From positions 960,001 through 1,024,000 of the forward strand of contig JBBCJC010000005.1 in assembly GCA_037189525.1 (NCBI GenBank): a DNA stretch of 64,000 nucleotides, written 5' to 3'. Below the pieces are notes generated by a model, which saw nothing but the letters and a program-made list of their open reading frames with translations, did not search any database and was not told where the DNA came from. Below are positions 40,225-48,898 of this stretch, piece by piece; position 1 is the first letter of the stretch, and the number at the start of each line of letters is the position of its first letter. A program made the translations under genes and the position numbers. Origin of the DNA: Gemmatimonadales bacterium. GTDB taxonomy: Bacteria > Gemmatimonadota > Gemmatimonadetes > Gemmatimonadales > GWC2-71-9.

Positions 40225-42518
40225 CGCTCCGTTCCTGCGCCCGCCAGCGCCTCGTCGTCTTCCCGGACCAAACCGGCCAGGCCGAGGACCGCTCGAATGT
40301 CCAGCAGATCAGTGACCTTGTCCTGGATGACCGCCGAACCCGAGACCGCGCGCCCATGCGAACGCCGCTCGACTGTGATGTCCTGCTCGGCGATATCCGT
40401 GATCTGGTCGACGACGAGGCCGATGCTCTCGCCGCGGTGCGCGTAGACGACGACCTGGATCGGATCGCTGACCGTCTCGTTCCGAACCACCCCGTCGACC
40501 AGTTCGTCCAGGTGCACCAGAGGCATGATCTCGCCGCGATACTGGACCACACGCCTGGTCCCTGCGACTTCGATCGCGCGCTGAGGGAACTCCTCCAGCC
40601 GCGCAATTTCGGAGAGCGGAACGGCCAGCCGATGATCTCGCCCGGCGCGGAACAGGAGCAGCGTGCGCCGCTCACCCGAGCCGGCAGCCGACGCCACCAC
40701 GTTCTCTTTCTGAGCGCGATCTCGGGCTGCCTGCAGCACGCCGGCCTGCTGGGCCAGCCCTCCGACATCGAGGATCAGCGCCACCTTGCCGTCGCCCATG
40801 ATGGTGGCACCGGCAAAGGCTGCAATGCCCTTGAGTTGCTTGGCAAGCGGTTTGACTACGATCTCTTCGGTATCGTTGATCTCGTCGACTACCAGGCCGA
40901 AGGACACGCCATCCGCCTGCAATACCACCACGTTGACCGCGTCGTAGTCGGCCCGCCACCGTTCGGCGGTAAAGCCGAGTGCATGATTGAGGACCACCAG
41001 CGGGAGCAGATTCCCGCGCAGCCGATAGACCGGCGCGCCATAGATCAGCTCGATGTTCTGGGCCACCTCTTCACCTTCGAGACGTACCAGTTCGAGCAGA
41101 CTGACCTGCGGAATCGCATAACGATCGCCGCGCGAGGTGACGATGAGGCCGGGAATGATGGCCAGCGTGAGCGGTATCCGAATCCGCAGCGTGGTGCCCT
41201 TGCCCGTATCGCTGCTGACGTCGACGGTGCCGCCGATCTTCTCGATGTTGGTTCGGACCACGTCCATCCCGACACCGCGCCCGGAGACGTTGGTCACTTT
41301 GGCCGCCGTCGAAAAACCTGGCGCGAAGATCAGATTGAATGCTTCCCGATCGCTGAGGCGACCCGCCTGCTCCGCGGTCAGGAGCCCTTTCTCAATCGCT
41401 TTCTGGCGTACCGCGGCAGGATCGATCCCGCCTCCGTCATCGGTAATCTCGATGTTGACCTGGCCACCCTCGTGAAAGGCCCGCATGAAGATCCGGCCCT
41501 CCGCCGGCTTGCCCCGGGCCATCCGGACCTCCGGCGGCTCGATACCGTGGTCGGCCGAGTTGCGGACGATGTGGGTGAGTGGATCCTTGATGGCTTCGAT
41601 GATGGTCTTGTCGAGCTCGGTTTCCTTGCCCTCCATCTCGAGCCTGATCCGCTTGCCGCATCCCGCCGCAAGGTCCCGCACTACCCGCGGAAACTTGCTC
41701 CAGACGTTGCCGATCGGCTGCATCCGCGTCTTCATGACGCCTTCCTGCAACTCCGTCGTGATCAGGTTGAGCCGTTGCGAGGTGGCCGACAGCGTCTGGT
41801 CCGCACTGGTGGCGAGATGCTGGAGAATCTGATTGCGGGCTAGCACGAGCTCGCCCACGAGGTTCATCAGCTTGTCGAGCAGGCCGACATCGACCCGAAT
41901 CGTGCTATCGCTCACGGAGACAGCGCCGCGTCCCCCCTCGGCCGCCTGACTCTCGAGGACTTCGGCAATCGCCTGAAACGGGACGTGCGCTTGCTCGACC
42001 AGGATCTCCCCGATATGGCGCGGATCGCCCTGCAACTGCTGCTCGGCCGCATCGCGCACCGCCTCGGGCGTCACCAGGCCGCGCGCGACCAGATGCTCAC
42101 CCATGTTCATCGGCGGCGCACCGGAGACCGCATCTTCTTCCTGCAGTGCGGTGAGACGCGCGATCAGCGGACCATAGTCGCCATCGCCCTCGGCTCCGGT
42201 CACTTCGATACTCGTCAACATCTGACGCAACGCATCGACCAGTTGCAGCAGGCCGCTGGTCCGCTCCGGCGTCAGATCGCGCGCCCCGTCGCGCAGCAGC
42301 GTCAGCAGATTCTCCCCGACATGGCTGACCGACTCGAGCTTGCCCAGACCCAGAAAACCGCAGGTGCCCTTGATGGTGTGCACACAACGGAAGATTCGCG
42401 CGAGCAGCTCATGATCCTTGGGTCGCTGTTCCAGCGCGACCAGATCACGATCGAGCTGATCGAGTCCTTCATTGCTCTCGACGAGAAACTCACGCGTGAT
42501 GTCATCCAGTTCGTGCAT
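40221..42518 (-). CDS. cheA: Chemotaxis histidine kinase CheA (HPt, MshEN-like insert, dimerisation, HATPase, two CheW domains)
   Basis: 'IFRCVHTIKG', 'LMNLVGELVLARN', 'HIVRNSADHGIE', 'SGRGVGMDVV', two CheW-like domains. Confidence 0.95.
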   Translation of the reverse strand: MHELDDITREFLVESNEGLDQLDRDLVALEQRPKDHELLARIFRCVHTIKGTCGFLGLGKLESVSHVGENLLTLLRDGARDLTPERTSGLLQLVDALRQMLTSIEVTGAEGDGDYGPLIARLTALQEEDAVSGAPPMNMGEHLVARGLVTPEAVRDAAEQQLQGDPRHIGEILVEQAHVPFQAIAEVLESQAAEGGRGAVSVSDSTIRVDVGLLDKLMNLVGELVLARNQILQHLATSADQTLSATSQRLNLITTELQEGVMKTRMQPIGNVWSKFPRVVRDLAAGCGKRIRLEMEGKETELDKTIIEAIKDPLTHIVRNSADHGIEPPEVRMARGKPAEGRIFMRAFHEGGQVNIEITDDGGGIDPAAVRQKAIEKGLLTAEQAGRLSDREAFNLIFAPGFSTAAKVTNVSGRGVGMDVVRTNIEKIGGTVDVSSDTGKGTTLRIRIPLTLAIIPGLIVTSRGDRYAIPQVSLLELVRLEGEEVAQNIELIYGAPVYRLRGNLLPLVVLNHALGFTAERWRADYDAVNVVVLQADGVSFGLVVDEINDTEEIVVKPLAKQLKGIAAFAGATIMGDGKVALILDVGGLAQQAGVLQAARDRAQKENVVASAAGSGERRTLLLFRAGRDHRLAVPLSEIARLEEFPQRAIEVAGTRRVVQYRGEIMPLVHLDELVDGVVRNETVSDPIQVVVYAHRGESIGLVVDQITDIAEQDITVERRSHGRAVSGSAVIQDKVTDLLDIRAVLGLAGLVREDDEALAGAGTER

Positions 42519-42721
42519 GCATCCTCCACAGAGACGCGCTCGGCAGCTGCTCTTTCGTGCGTACCTTCCGACTGACCCCGTCAGGCCGATCGTCGAGATG
42601 AAGCGATCATGAAGGCGTCGACATGAACATGTGACACCTTGTTTGTTACTCAGGAAATCTTCGTGCCACAGTTTGCATCACTCACGATTCCTGCGCGGCA
42701 GGACATGCATGCCGTTGCGCT

Positions 42722-43984
42722 TCACGACTCCGGCAGAACACGCAGGCCGACCAGCATCTGCTCACCGGATACCGAGCGGAATGCTGCGACTTGCGACCAC
42801 GAAGTCGCAGACAGGGCCGAGATATCGATACTGCCCGACGGGAGTCCCATCTTGAGGTCGAGATCCCGGGTCAGCAGTGAAGCGCGAATCCGTCCGGCAA
42901 CCGTGTTGGTCAGTTCGTTGAGCACATCGGCAGCGCCTTCGTCCATCGACACGTCCATCCCGAGCATCTTGGCAGAAAGCCGAAGCACAGAGGATTCATC
43001 GCTGAGGAGCGACACCTCGAGCCGAACACCGCTCTCGGCCGTTCCCAGCACCAGCGTCGAACGGACCGGCAACTCGAGACGGGCGGTTTCGTCCGGGCCG
43101 AGATGTGTCGCGTCCTGGCCGGTCAAAACGCCGATGGTCTGCTGGGTCGCAGAGAGCACCTCCGGCAACAACTCCCCGGCCAGCAACTCGCGCAGACGAT
43201 CGATCGGCGCGACCAGCTTGAGCACCCCTCGTTCGAGCGCGCTGGAGAATTGCTCGGGGACGAAGGTCTTTCTGAGCACGCCATGGAACTGACTGGCCTT
43301 GTAGGGCTCGATCGGATCACTATTCGTCAGCAGATAGATTTCCGGAGGATCGGCTTTGTGCTTCGCGGCAATCCGTCGGAGCGTGGCTGCCATCTGCAGT
43401 TCATCGATAACCGGCAATGCCTCCGGCAACAGCACCACCCGCGGGAGCGGATTCCGCTCCTGAAACAGCATCGCAGCCCGCGGCGCTGAGGTCGCTTCGA
43501 TCACCTCGAAATGCGCCCCGAGCAGCGGCTTCGCAAAGGCCAGGAAATTCGGATCCGGCTCGACGATCAGCAGTTCCGCGGCGGCCCGCGCCGGCGCCTG
43601 CTGCCGGCGTCGATCGGCGTTCCGGAGCACCGTCCGGAAGCGCGGCAAGGCAAAGTCGTGCCGAACCGGTTTGAGCAGCAGGTCGCTGACACCGATCTCG
43701 ATGACTTCGCGAATCACACTGTTGTCACCGACCGCCGAGGTACAGACGACCGGCATGTTGCGATACTTTTCCGACGCCCGGATCGCCCGCAACGTTTCGA
43801 CGCCGTTCATGATCGGCATATCGATGTCGACAACGACGAGATCGGCCTTTGCGCTTCCCTCTTCGAGCATGTAGAGCAGCTCGAGACCGTTCTCAGCTTC
43901 CAGCGCCTCGACATCGAGCTGCTGCAGGACGCGCCGCAGCACGGTACGCATACCGCGCTCGCCGTCGGCAATCAGTGCAATCAC
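42722..43984 (-). CDS. Response regulator: REC + pseudo-REC + CheX-like domain
   Basis: 'VVVDIDMP...LLKP'; second REC-like domain lacks the Asp; C-terminal 'DVLNELTNTVAG...MGLP'. GTG start after GGAGAGGAG. Confidence 0.8.
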   Translation of the reverse strand: MIALIADGERGMRTVLRRVLQQLDVEALEAENGLELLYMLEEGSAKADLVVVDIDMPIMNGVETLRAIRASEKYRNMPVVCTSAVGDNSVIREVIEIGVSDLLLKPVRHDFALPRFRTVLRNADRRRQQAPARAAAELLIVEPDPNFLAFAKPLLGAHFEVIEATSAPRAAMLFQERNPLPRVVLLPEALPVIDELQMAATLRRIAAKHKADPPEIYLLTNSDPIEPYKASQFHGVLRKTFVPEQFSSALERGVLKLVAPIDRLRELLAGELLPEVLSATQQTIGVLTGQDATHLGPDETARLELPVRSTLVLGTAESGVRLEVSLLSDESSVLRLSAKMLGMDVSMDEGAADVLNELTNTVAGRIRASLLTRDLDLKMGLPSGSIDISALSATSWSQVAAFRSVSGEQMLVGLRVLPES

Positions 43985-44035
43985 GCGCCGTCTCCTCTCC
44001 AGATCGTTAGGTGGCCACGGCAAGTTACAGGCTAG

Positions 44036-44062
44036 CTATCGGAGAGATTCCGCTGCGCTTGA
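44036..44062 (-). promoter_or_regulatory. FliA (sigma28)-like promoter
   Basis: TCAA-N15-TCCGATAG versus consensus TAAA-N15-GCCGATAA, about 50 nt upstream of the REC-CheX gene. Confidence 0.6.
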
Positions 44063-44304
44063 GCAGTGCAAGCAGATACGTTACGAATTCATCGATGCGT
44101 CATGATCCCTTCATGAAGCACCAGTCATCAACGCACAGACCGCGAGGCTTCTTTGCAATGCGCAGGTAGTGAAGTGTTCACGGCAACAATCTCGAAGACT
44201 GCACGCCGGGTGACTCCGCTGTATCATTCGGCGGGTGGATGGATCGAGCATTCCCGCGCCATGGAGGAATCGTGCAGGAAGGGGTGAGACCTGCGGAGAC
44301 ACCG

Positions 44305-44703
44305 ATGCCGGGCCGAACCCTTTCGAGGCCGGCACGGATCGGACTACAGGTTATCGGATTGGTCTGTGTCGCCCTGGGCGGGCTGGGCGTCCTGCTGCCC
44401 GGCCTGCCCACGACGCCGTTTCTACTGATTGCCGCCGCGGCGTTCGCGCGCTCGTCGCCCAGCCTTCATCGACGGCTGCTCGACAACCGGGTCTTCGGTC
44501 CGTTGATTCGGGACTGGCAGGCCAACCGTACCATCTCACCCGGCGCCAAGCTCAGCGCGGTGGCATCGATTGCGGTTTTGGGGGGAGCGACATTGGTCTT
44601 CCTGGTACCGCGCACGGCGGGGCGTATCGGGCTCGGGGCCATCATGCTGACGGTCGTCATCTGGTTAGTGACACGACCGTCGACACCGCGGAATCGACAG
44701 TAG
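44305..44703 (+). CDS. ybaN: YbaN/DUF454 family inner-membrane protein
   Basis: 'LGGLGVLLPGLPTTPFLLIAAAAFARSSP.LH..LL....FGP.I.DW'. Confidence 0.88.
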   Translation: MPGRTLSRPARIGLQVIGLVCVALGGLGVLLPGLPTTPFLLIAAAAFARSSPSLHRRLLDNRVFGPLIRDWQANRTISPGAKLSAVASIAVLGGATLVFLVPRTAGRIGLGAIMLTVVIWLVTRPSTPRNRQ

Positions 44704-44713
44704 CGAGAACGTC

Positions 44714-45586
44714 CTACCGGGTGAACTGCCGCGCGCGGTCGCCGATCGCGCCGACCTCCACCAGGAACGCGTCCCGGCTATCCGGAGCAATGTCCAGTCG
44801 CTCGAACACCTCGGCCGGGGCTACATCGCCGCTCCCTTCCTGCGCCAGTTCGAGCCCGGCCGCGGTACAGAGCGCCTCGGCGCCCCACACGATGGCGGCC
44901 AGCGCCGCGGCTTCAGCGGGCGCATCCTCGGGCCGGTGGTGACAGGCCACCGACCACTGCACCACCGCAGGCAGCGCCCACCGTTCGAGCATCCGCCCGC
45001 CGATGCCTCCGTGGTCCATCCCGAGCAGGTCGATCTCGACCCGATACCGCGGCGCCATGTCCGCGTCGGTCGCCGACTGGACCTCCGCGAAATCCCCGCT
45101 GAAGAACTGGTCCTCGATCAGGAGCCCCACGTCGTGCAGCAGACCGGCCGTATAAGCCTCACCATCATCGACCGAGCCATATCGGCGGCTCAGCCCGGCC
45201 AGCCGCTCGGCCACGAGCCCGACCGCCGCCGAGTGCTCCCAATAGCGGGCATGGTCGAGCCCACCGGCGTTCTGTCCGAAGGCCCGCACGATTCCCACCG
45301 TCAGACACAGGGCTCGCACATTGGCGATCCCCAGCCGCCCGATGGCATCCCGCACGGTGGTCACGGCATCGCCCCGCGAGAACGCGGTTGAATTGGCCAC
45401 CCGGAGGACCCGCGCGGTCAGCGCCGGGTCCCGTTCGATGATCGCCCCGATGTCCCGAAGGCCGGACATCTCGTTGGCCAGGGCACGCTGTACTTCGAGC
45501 ACCAGACTCGGCAACGTCGGCAGCTGCTTACCACTGGTAAACAGGCCCTCGAGCCGGGTCGGAAATGTGGTCACGGATCCTCGCAT
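44714..45586 (-). CDS. Stand-alone HDOD domain protein
   Basis: 'LPTLP', 'IERDPALTARVLRVANS', 'YWEHS', 'AGLLHDVG', 'WALP...HH.P'. Start uncertain. Confidence 0.88.
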   Translation of the reverse strand: MRGSVTTFPTRLEGLFTSGKQLPTLPSLVLEVQRALANEMSGLRDIGAIIERDPALTARVLRVANSTAFSRGDAVTTVRDAIGRLGIANVRALCLTVGIVRAFGQNAGGLDHARYWEHSAAVGLVAERLAGLSRRYGSVDDGEAYTAGLLHDVGLLIEDQFFSGDFAEVQSATDADMAPRYRVEIDLLGMDHGGIGGRMLERWALPAVVQWSVACHHRPEDAPAEAAALAAIVWGAEALCTAAGLELAQEGSGDVAPAEVFERLDIAPDSRDAFLVEVGAIGDRARQFTR

Positions 45587-45794
45587 TACTCTCAACTTTG
45601 TCCCAACGTTCTCAGGCCAGCCCATCACGGAAAATCAGGCTCGCCTCCTTCCATACCCGAACAAACACCTTCCCGTTCCCCCCATTCAACTGCAGGTTAC
45701 GGGCCGCCGCTGGGGTCATTGTCGGGCGGGTTGGGCCCCCGAGCAACTCGGCAGTAAGTTTCCTCCTGACAGTCCACGCCCATCGGAGACTCCC

Positions 45795-48410
45795 ATGTCT
45801 GATCTTCGGCCCCGCGCCTTGCGGGTCCTGTTGCTGCTCGCAGCAATCGCCGGCCCGGTATCCGCCCAGGCACCGACCACCGGAAAAGCAACCTCGACCG
45901 ACGAGGCGATCCGGTCCGAACTCTTCGTCGCCCCGCCCGACTCCATCGGCGCGGCGGTGCTTGCTCCGCGATACCTCAACATCTCACCGACCAACCCGAG
46001 CCCCGACAAGCTGCGCTTTGTTCATGAGGTGAGCGACGGGCCCGTGAGTATGGAGACCTTTTCCAAGCCATACGATGAGTTGGGCGGGCTCTTCATCGAC
46101 TTTGCCGCCAATCGGAACCGCACCCTGACTATCCGGAACTCGATGCGGATCGATCTGGTCTCGGCAACGGACGGACGGATCACGCGGGTCGAGACGCCGG
46201 CAGGCACGCGGGTATCGAACCCGACCTGGAGTCCCGACGGAAAGCAGCTGGCCCTCTACGTCCACACCCCGGACGCTACGCATATCTGGGTGGCCGATGC
46301 GGCAACCGGACGGGCCCGTCAGGTTACCCGTACGCCAGTCCTGGCCACGCTGCTAACCGACTTCAGCTGGACTGCAGACAGCCGCCAGATTGCGACGGTC
46401 CTGATTCCGACCGCCCGTGGCGCTCGACCCACCGCGCCGAAGGTACCGGTCGGGCCCCAGGTCAAGCTGGCCGAAGAAAAAGACAAGAACATGTTGCGCA
46501 CCTATCAGAGCCTGATGGCGACGCCCACCGATCAGGCGGTACTCAAGTGGCATACGACGGGTCAGCTCGCGCTGATCGACGTCGGCAGCCGCGCCGTCAC
46601 GCCGGTCGGCGCGCCGGCGATGATCCGTACCATCGAGGCCGGCTCGGGAGGGGCGTACCTCCGGGTTACCCGGATGGTGGAGCCTTTCTCCTATGTGGTA
46701 CCGGTCTCGAGCTTCGGAACCGTCGACGAAGTCTGGAATACCGATGGTACCGTCTTGGCGACCATCGATCGCCAGCCCTTGAACCTGGGCGTCGACACCA
46801 CCCGCACCCCATCCGCACCTGGCGTGGGCGGTGGCGATGGCAACATCCGGCGTCGTGAAATTGCCTGGCGGGCCGACGGCAAAGGCCTCTCGTTCCTGGA
46901 GCAGGAACCGGCCGCCGAGGGAGCCGACAGCGCCCGAAGCACCGAGGACGGCACCCCCGCATCCCGGCGGCGGGATCGGGTCATGCTGTGGCCGGCGCCG
47001 TTCGACAGCACCAAGGTGACCGTGGTGTACTCGACGACCGGCCGGATCACCAACCATCGGTTCTCTCCGGACCACAGCGTGCTGTTCGCGACGGAGCGCA
47101 CCGGGCAGAACATTCACGAATATGCCGTGGTGCTGGCCGACCCCGACAAGAAGATCACGCTGGCTCGCTATCGCGCCGACGACGTGTACAGCAATCCGGG
47201 CAACCTGATCCTGGCCAAGAGCGCGGTGCAGGCGCCCAATACGTTCGCCTTCCAGTTCGGCGGGGGCCCGCGTGGCGCCCGCGTGGTTGAGGTCTCGCCC
47301 GATGGGCAGAGTGCGTACTACTACGGCGTGGCTTACGACAAGAACCCGCAGGCCGTGGGGCCTCGCAGCTTCATCGACCGCGTCGGGATCCGCGACGGTA
47401 AGAAGACCCGCGTCTTCGAGAGCGACAACGCCGGCACCTTCGAGCGCGTGCTCGCTACGCATGACATCGAAGCCCGCCAGCTGGTGGTGTCCCGCGAATC
47501 GCAGACCGCCGTTCCCCAGGCATTCGTGCGTGACGGCGATCGCCTGACGCAGATCACCCGGAACATCGACTATACGCCGGACCTGACCAACGCGCCGCGC
47601 GAGAGCTTCATCGTCGAGCGGCCGGACGGCTTCAAGTTCAAGGTCAACGTGACGCTTCCGCCCGGCTACCAGCCCGGTACGCGGCTGCCGGCCATGTTCT
47701 GGTTCTACCCGCGCGAGTTCACGGGGCAGGACGAGTATGATCGCGGGGCGCGGACGTTCAACAAGAACGAGTTCCCGAACTTCAATCCCCGCTCGATCCA
47801 GTATCTGGTCCGGCTGGGCTACGCGGTGGTCGAACCCGATGCACCGATCGTGGGGTCGACCGGGCAGCAGAACAACAACTACGAGAACGACCTGCGCAAC
47901 AACCTGGCGGCGGTGATCGACGAGGTCGACCGGCGGGGCCTGGTCGACCGGACCCGCTTAGGGATCGGCGGACACAGTTACGGGGCGTTCTCGACCGTGA
48001 ACGCGATGTCTCACACGCCGTTCTTCAAAGCCGGTATCGCCGGCGACGGCAATTACAACCGGACCCTGACTCCGCTGGCCTTCCAGACCGAGCGGCGGAC
48101 CCTGTGGGAGTCACGGGACACCTATCTCAGCATGTCGCCCATCCTGCACGTCAACAACCTGACGGGCGCATTGCTGATGTATCACGGAATGAGCGATCAG
48201 AACGTGGGGACCGAGCTGTCCAACTCGCCGAGACTGTTCCATGCCTTGAACGGGCTGGGCAAGGTCACCTCGCTCTACCTCTACCCGTTCGAAGATCACG
48301 GCCCGGCCACCAAGGAAACCCTGCTCGACCTCTGGGCCCGGTGGTCGGCCTGGCTCGACAAGTACGTGCGCACGCCCGCACCAGCGGAAAGTAAGCCGGT
48401 TTCGGAATGA
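45795..48410 (+). CDS. Secreted S9 family (prolyl oligopeptidase-like) peptidase
   Basis: Signal peptide, beta-propeller 'WSPDG', catalytic 'GGHSYG', 'HG..DQN', 'PFEDH'. Confidence 0.9.
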   Translation: MSDLRPRALRVLLLLAAIAGPVSAQAPTTGKATSTDEAIRSELFVAPPDSIGAAVLAPRYLNISPTNPSPDKLRFVHEVSDGPVSMETFSKPYDELGGLFIDFAANRNRTLTIRNSMRIDLVSATDGRITRVETPAGTRVSNPTWSPDGKQLALYVHTPDATHIWVADAATGRARQVTRTPVLATLLTDFSWTADSRQIATVLIPTARGARPTAPKVPVGPQVKLAEEKDKNMLRTYQSLMATPTDQAVLKWHTTGQLALIDVGSRAVTPVGAPAMIRTIEAGSGGAYLRVTRMVEPFSYVVPVSSFGTVDEVWNTDGTVLATIDRQPLNLGVDTTRTPSAPGVGGGDGNIRRREIAWRADGKGLSFLEQEPAAEGADSARSTEDGTPASRRRDRVMLWPAPFDSTKVTVVYSTTGRITNHRFSPDHSVLFATERTGQNIHEYAVVLADPDKKITLARYRADDVYSNPGNLILAKSAVQAPNTFAFQFGGGPRGARVVEVSPDGQSAYYYGVAYDKNPQAVGPRSFIDRVGIRDGKKTRVFESDNAGTFERVLATHDIEARQLVVSRESQTAVPQAFVRDGDRLTQITRNIDYTPDLTNAPRESFIVERPDGFKFKVNVTLPPGYQPGTRLPAMFWFYPREFTGQDEYDRGARTFNKNEFPNFNPRSIQYLVRLGYAVVEPDAPIVGSTGQQNNNYENDLRNNLAAVIDEVDRRGLVDRTRLGIGGHSYGAFSTVNAMSHTPFFKAGIAGDGNYNRTLTPLAFQTERRTLWESRDTYLSMSPILHVNNLTGALLMYHGMSDQNVGTELSNSPRLFHALNGLGKVTSLYLYPFEDHGPATKETLLDLWARWSAWLDKYVRTPAPAESKPVSE

Positions 48411-48895
48411 TTCGATCGTACGCGATGCGGCAGGTCCGCATTCTGATGGCATTGACCCTGGCCCTCGGAGCCGCTTCGTGCGGCTCCGACTCCTCCGGTC
48501 CCGACGTACCCGATATCGAAACGACGACCTTTGCCGCGTCGTTAGGCGTCGATCTCGGTGCGATGACCAGGACGGCTTCCGGGCTCTACTGGAGGGACTT
48601 GGCGACCGGCACCGGGACGACCGTCACCGTCGGGCGGCAAGTGACCGTTTTCTATACCGGCTGGCTGGCCAACGGCACCCAGTTCGACTCGAACATCGGG
48701 GGCAATGCCCTCGGATTTCGCGTCGGACTGGGAGAGGTCGTACCCGGATTTGACGAGGGCGTCCGCGGCATGGCCGTGGGAGGAGAACGTCAGATCATCA
48801 TTCCTCCGGCGCTGGGCTACGGCGCCTCCGACAACAGCAGAATTCCTCCCAACTCGATTCTGGTATTCCGTGTCAGGCTCGCCTCGGTACAATAG
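48407..48895 (+). CDS. FKBP-type peptidyl-prolyl isomerase, lipoprotein
   Basis: Lipobox AASC; 'YTGWLANGTQFDS', 'GFDEGV.GM.VGG.R...IPP.LGYG', 'IPPNSILVF'. Confidence 0.93.
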   Translation: MIRSYAMRQVRILMALTLALGAASCGSDSSGPDVPDIETTTFAASLGVDLGAMTRTASGLYWRDLATGTGTTVTVGRQVTVFYTGWLANGTQFDSNIGGNALGFRVGLGEVVPGFDEGVRGMAVGGERQIIIPPALGYGASDNSRIPPNSILVFRVRLASVQ

Positions 48896-48898
48896 TCT

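Noticed and set aside
42654..42668. Sigma54-like TGGCACG-N4-TTTC upstream of cheA (minus strand)
   Set aside because: The nearly invariant -12 GC is missing, so the match is too weak to call.
34645..44300. Chemotaxis cluster as a mobile island
   Set aside because: Intergenic parts look somewhat AT-richer and cheX overlaps the convergent gene, but there is no integrase, transposase, tRNA or flanking direct repeat.
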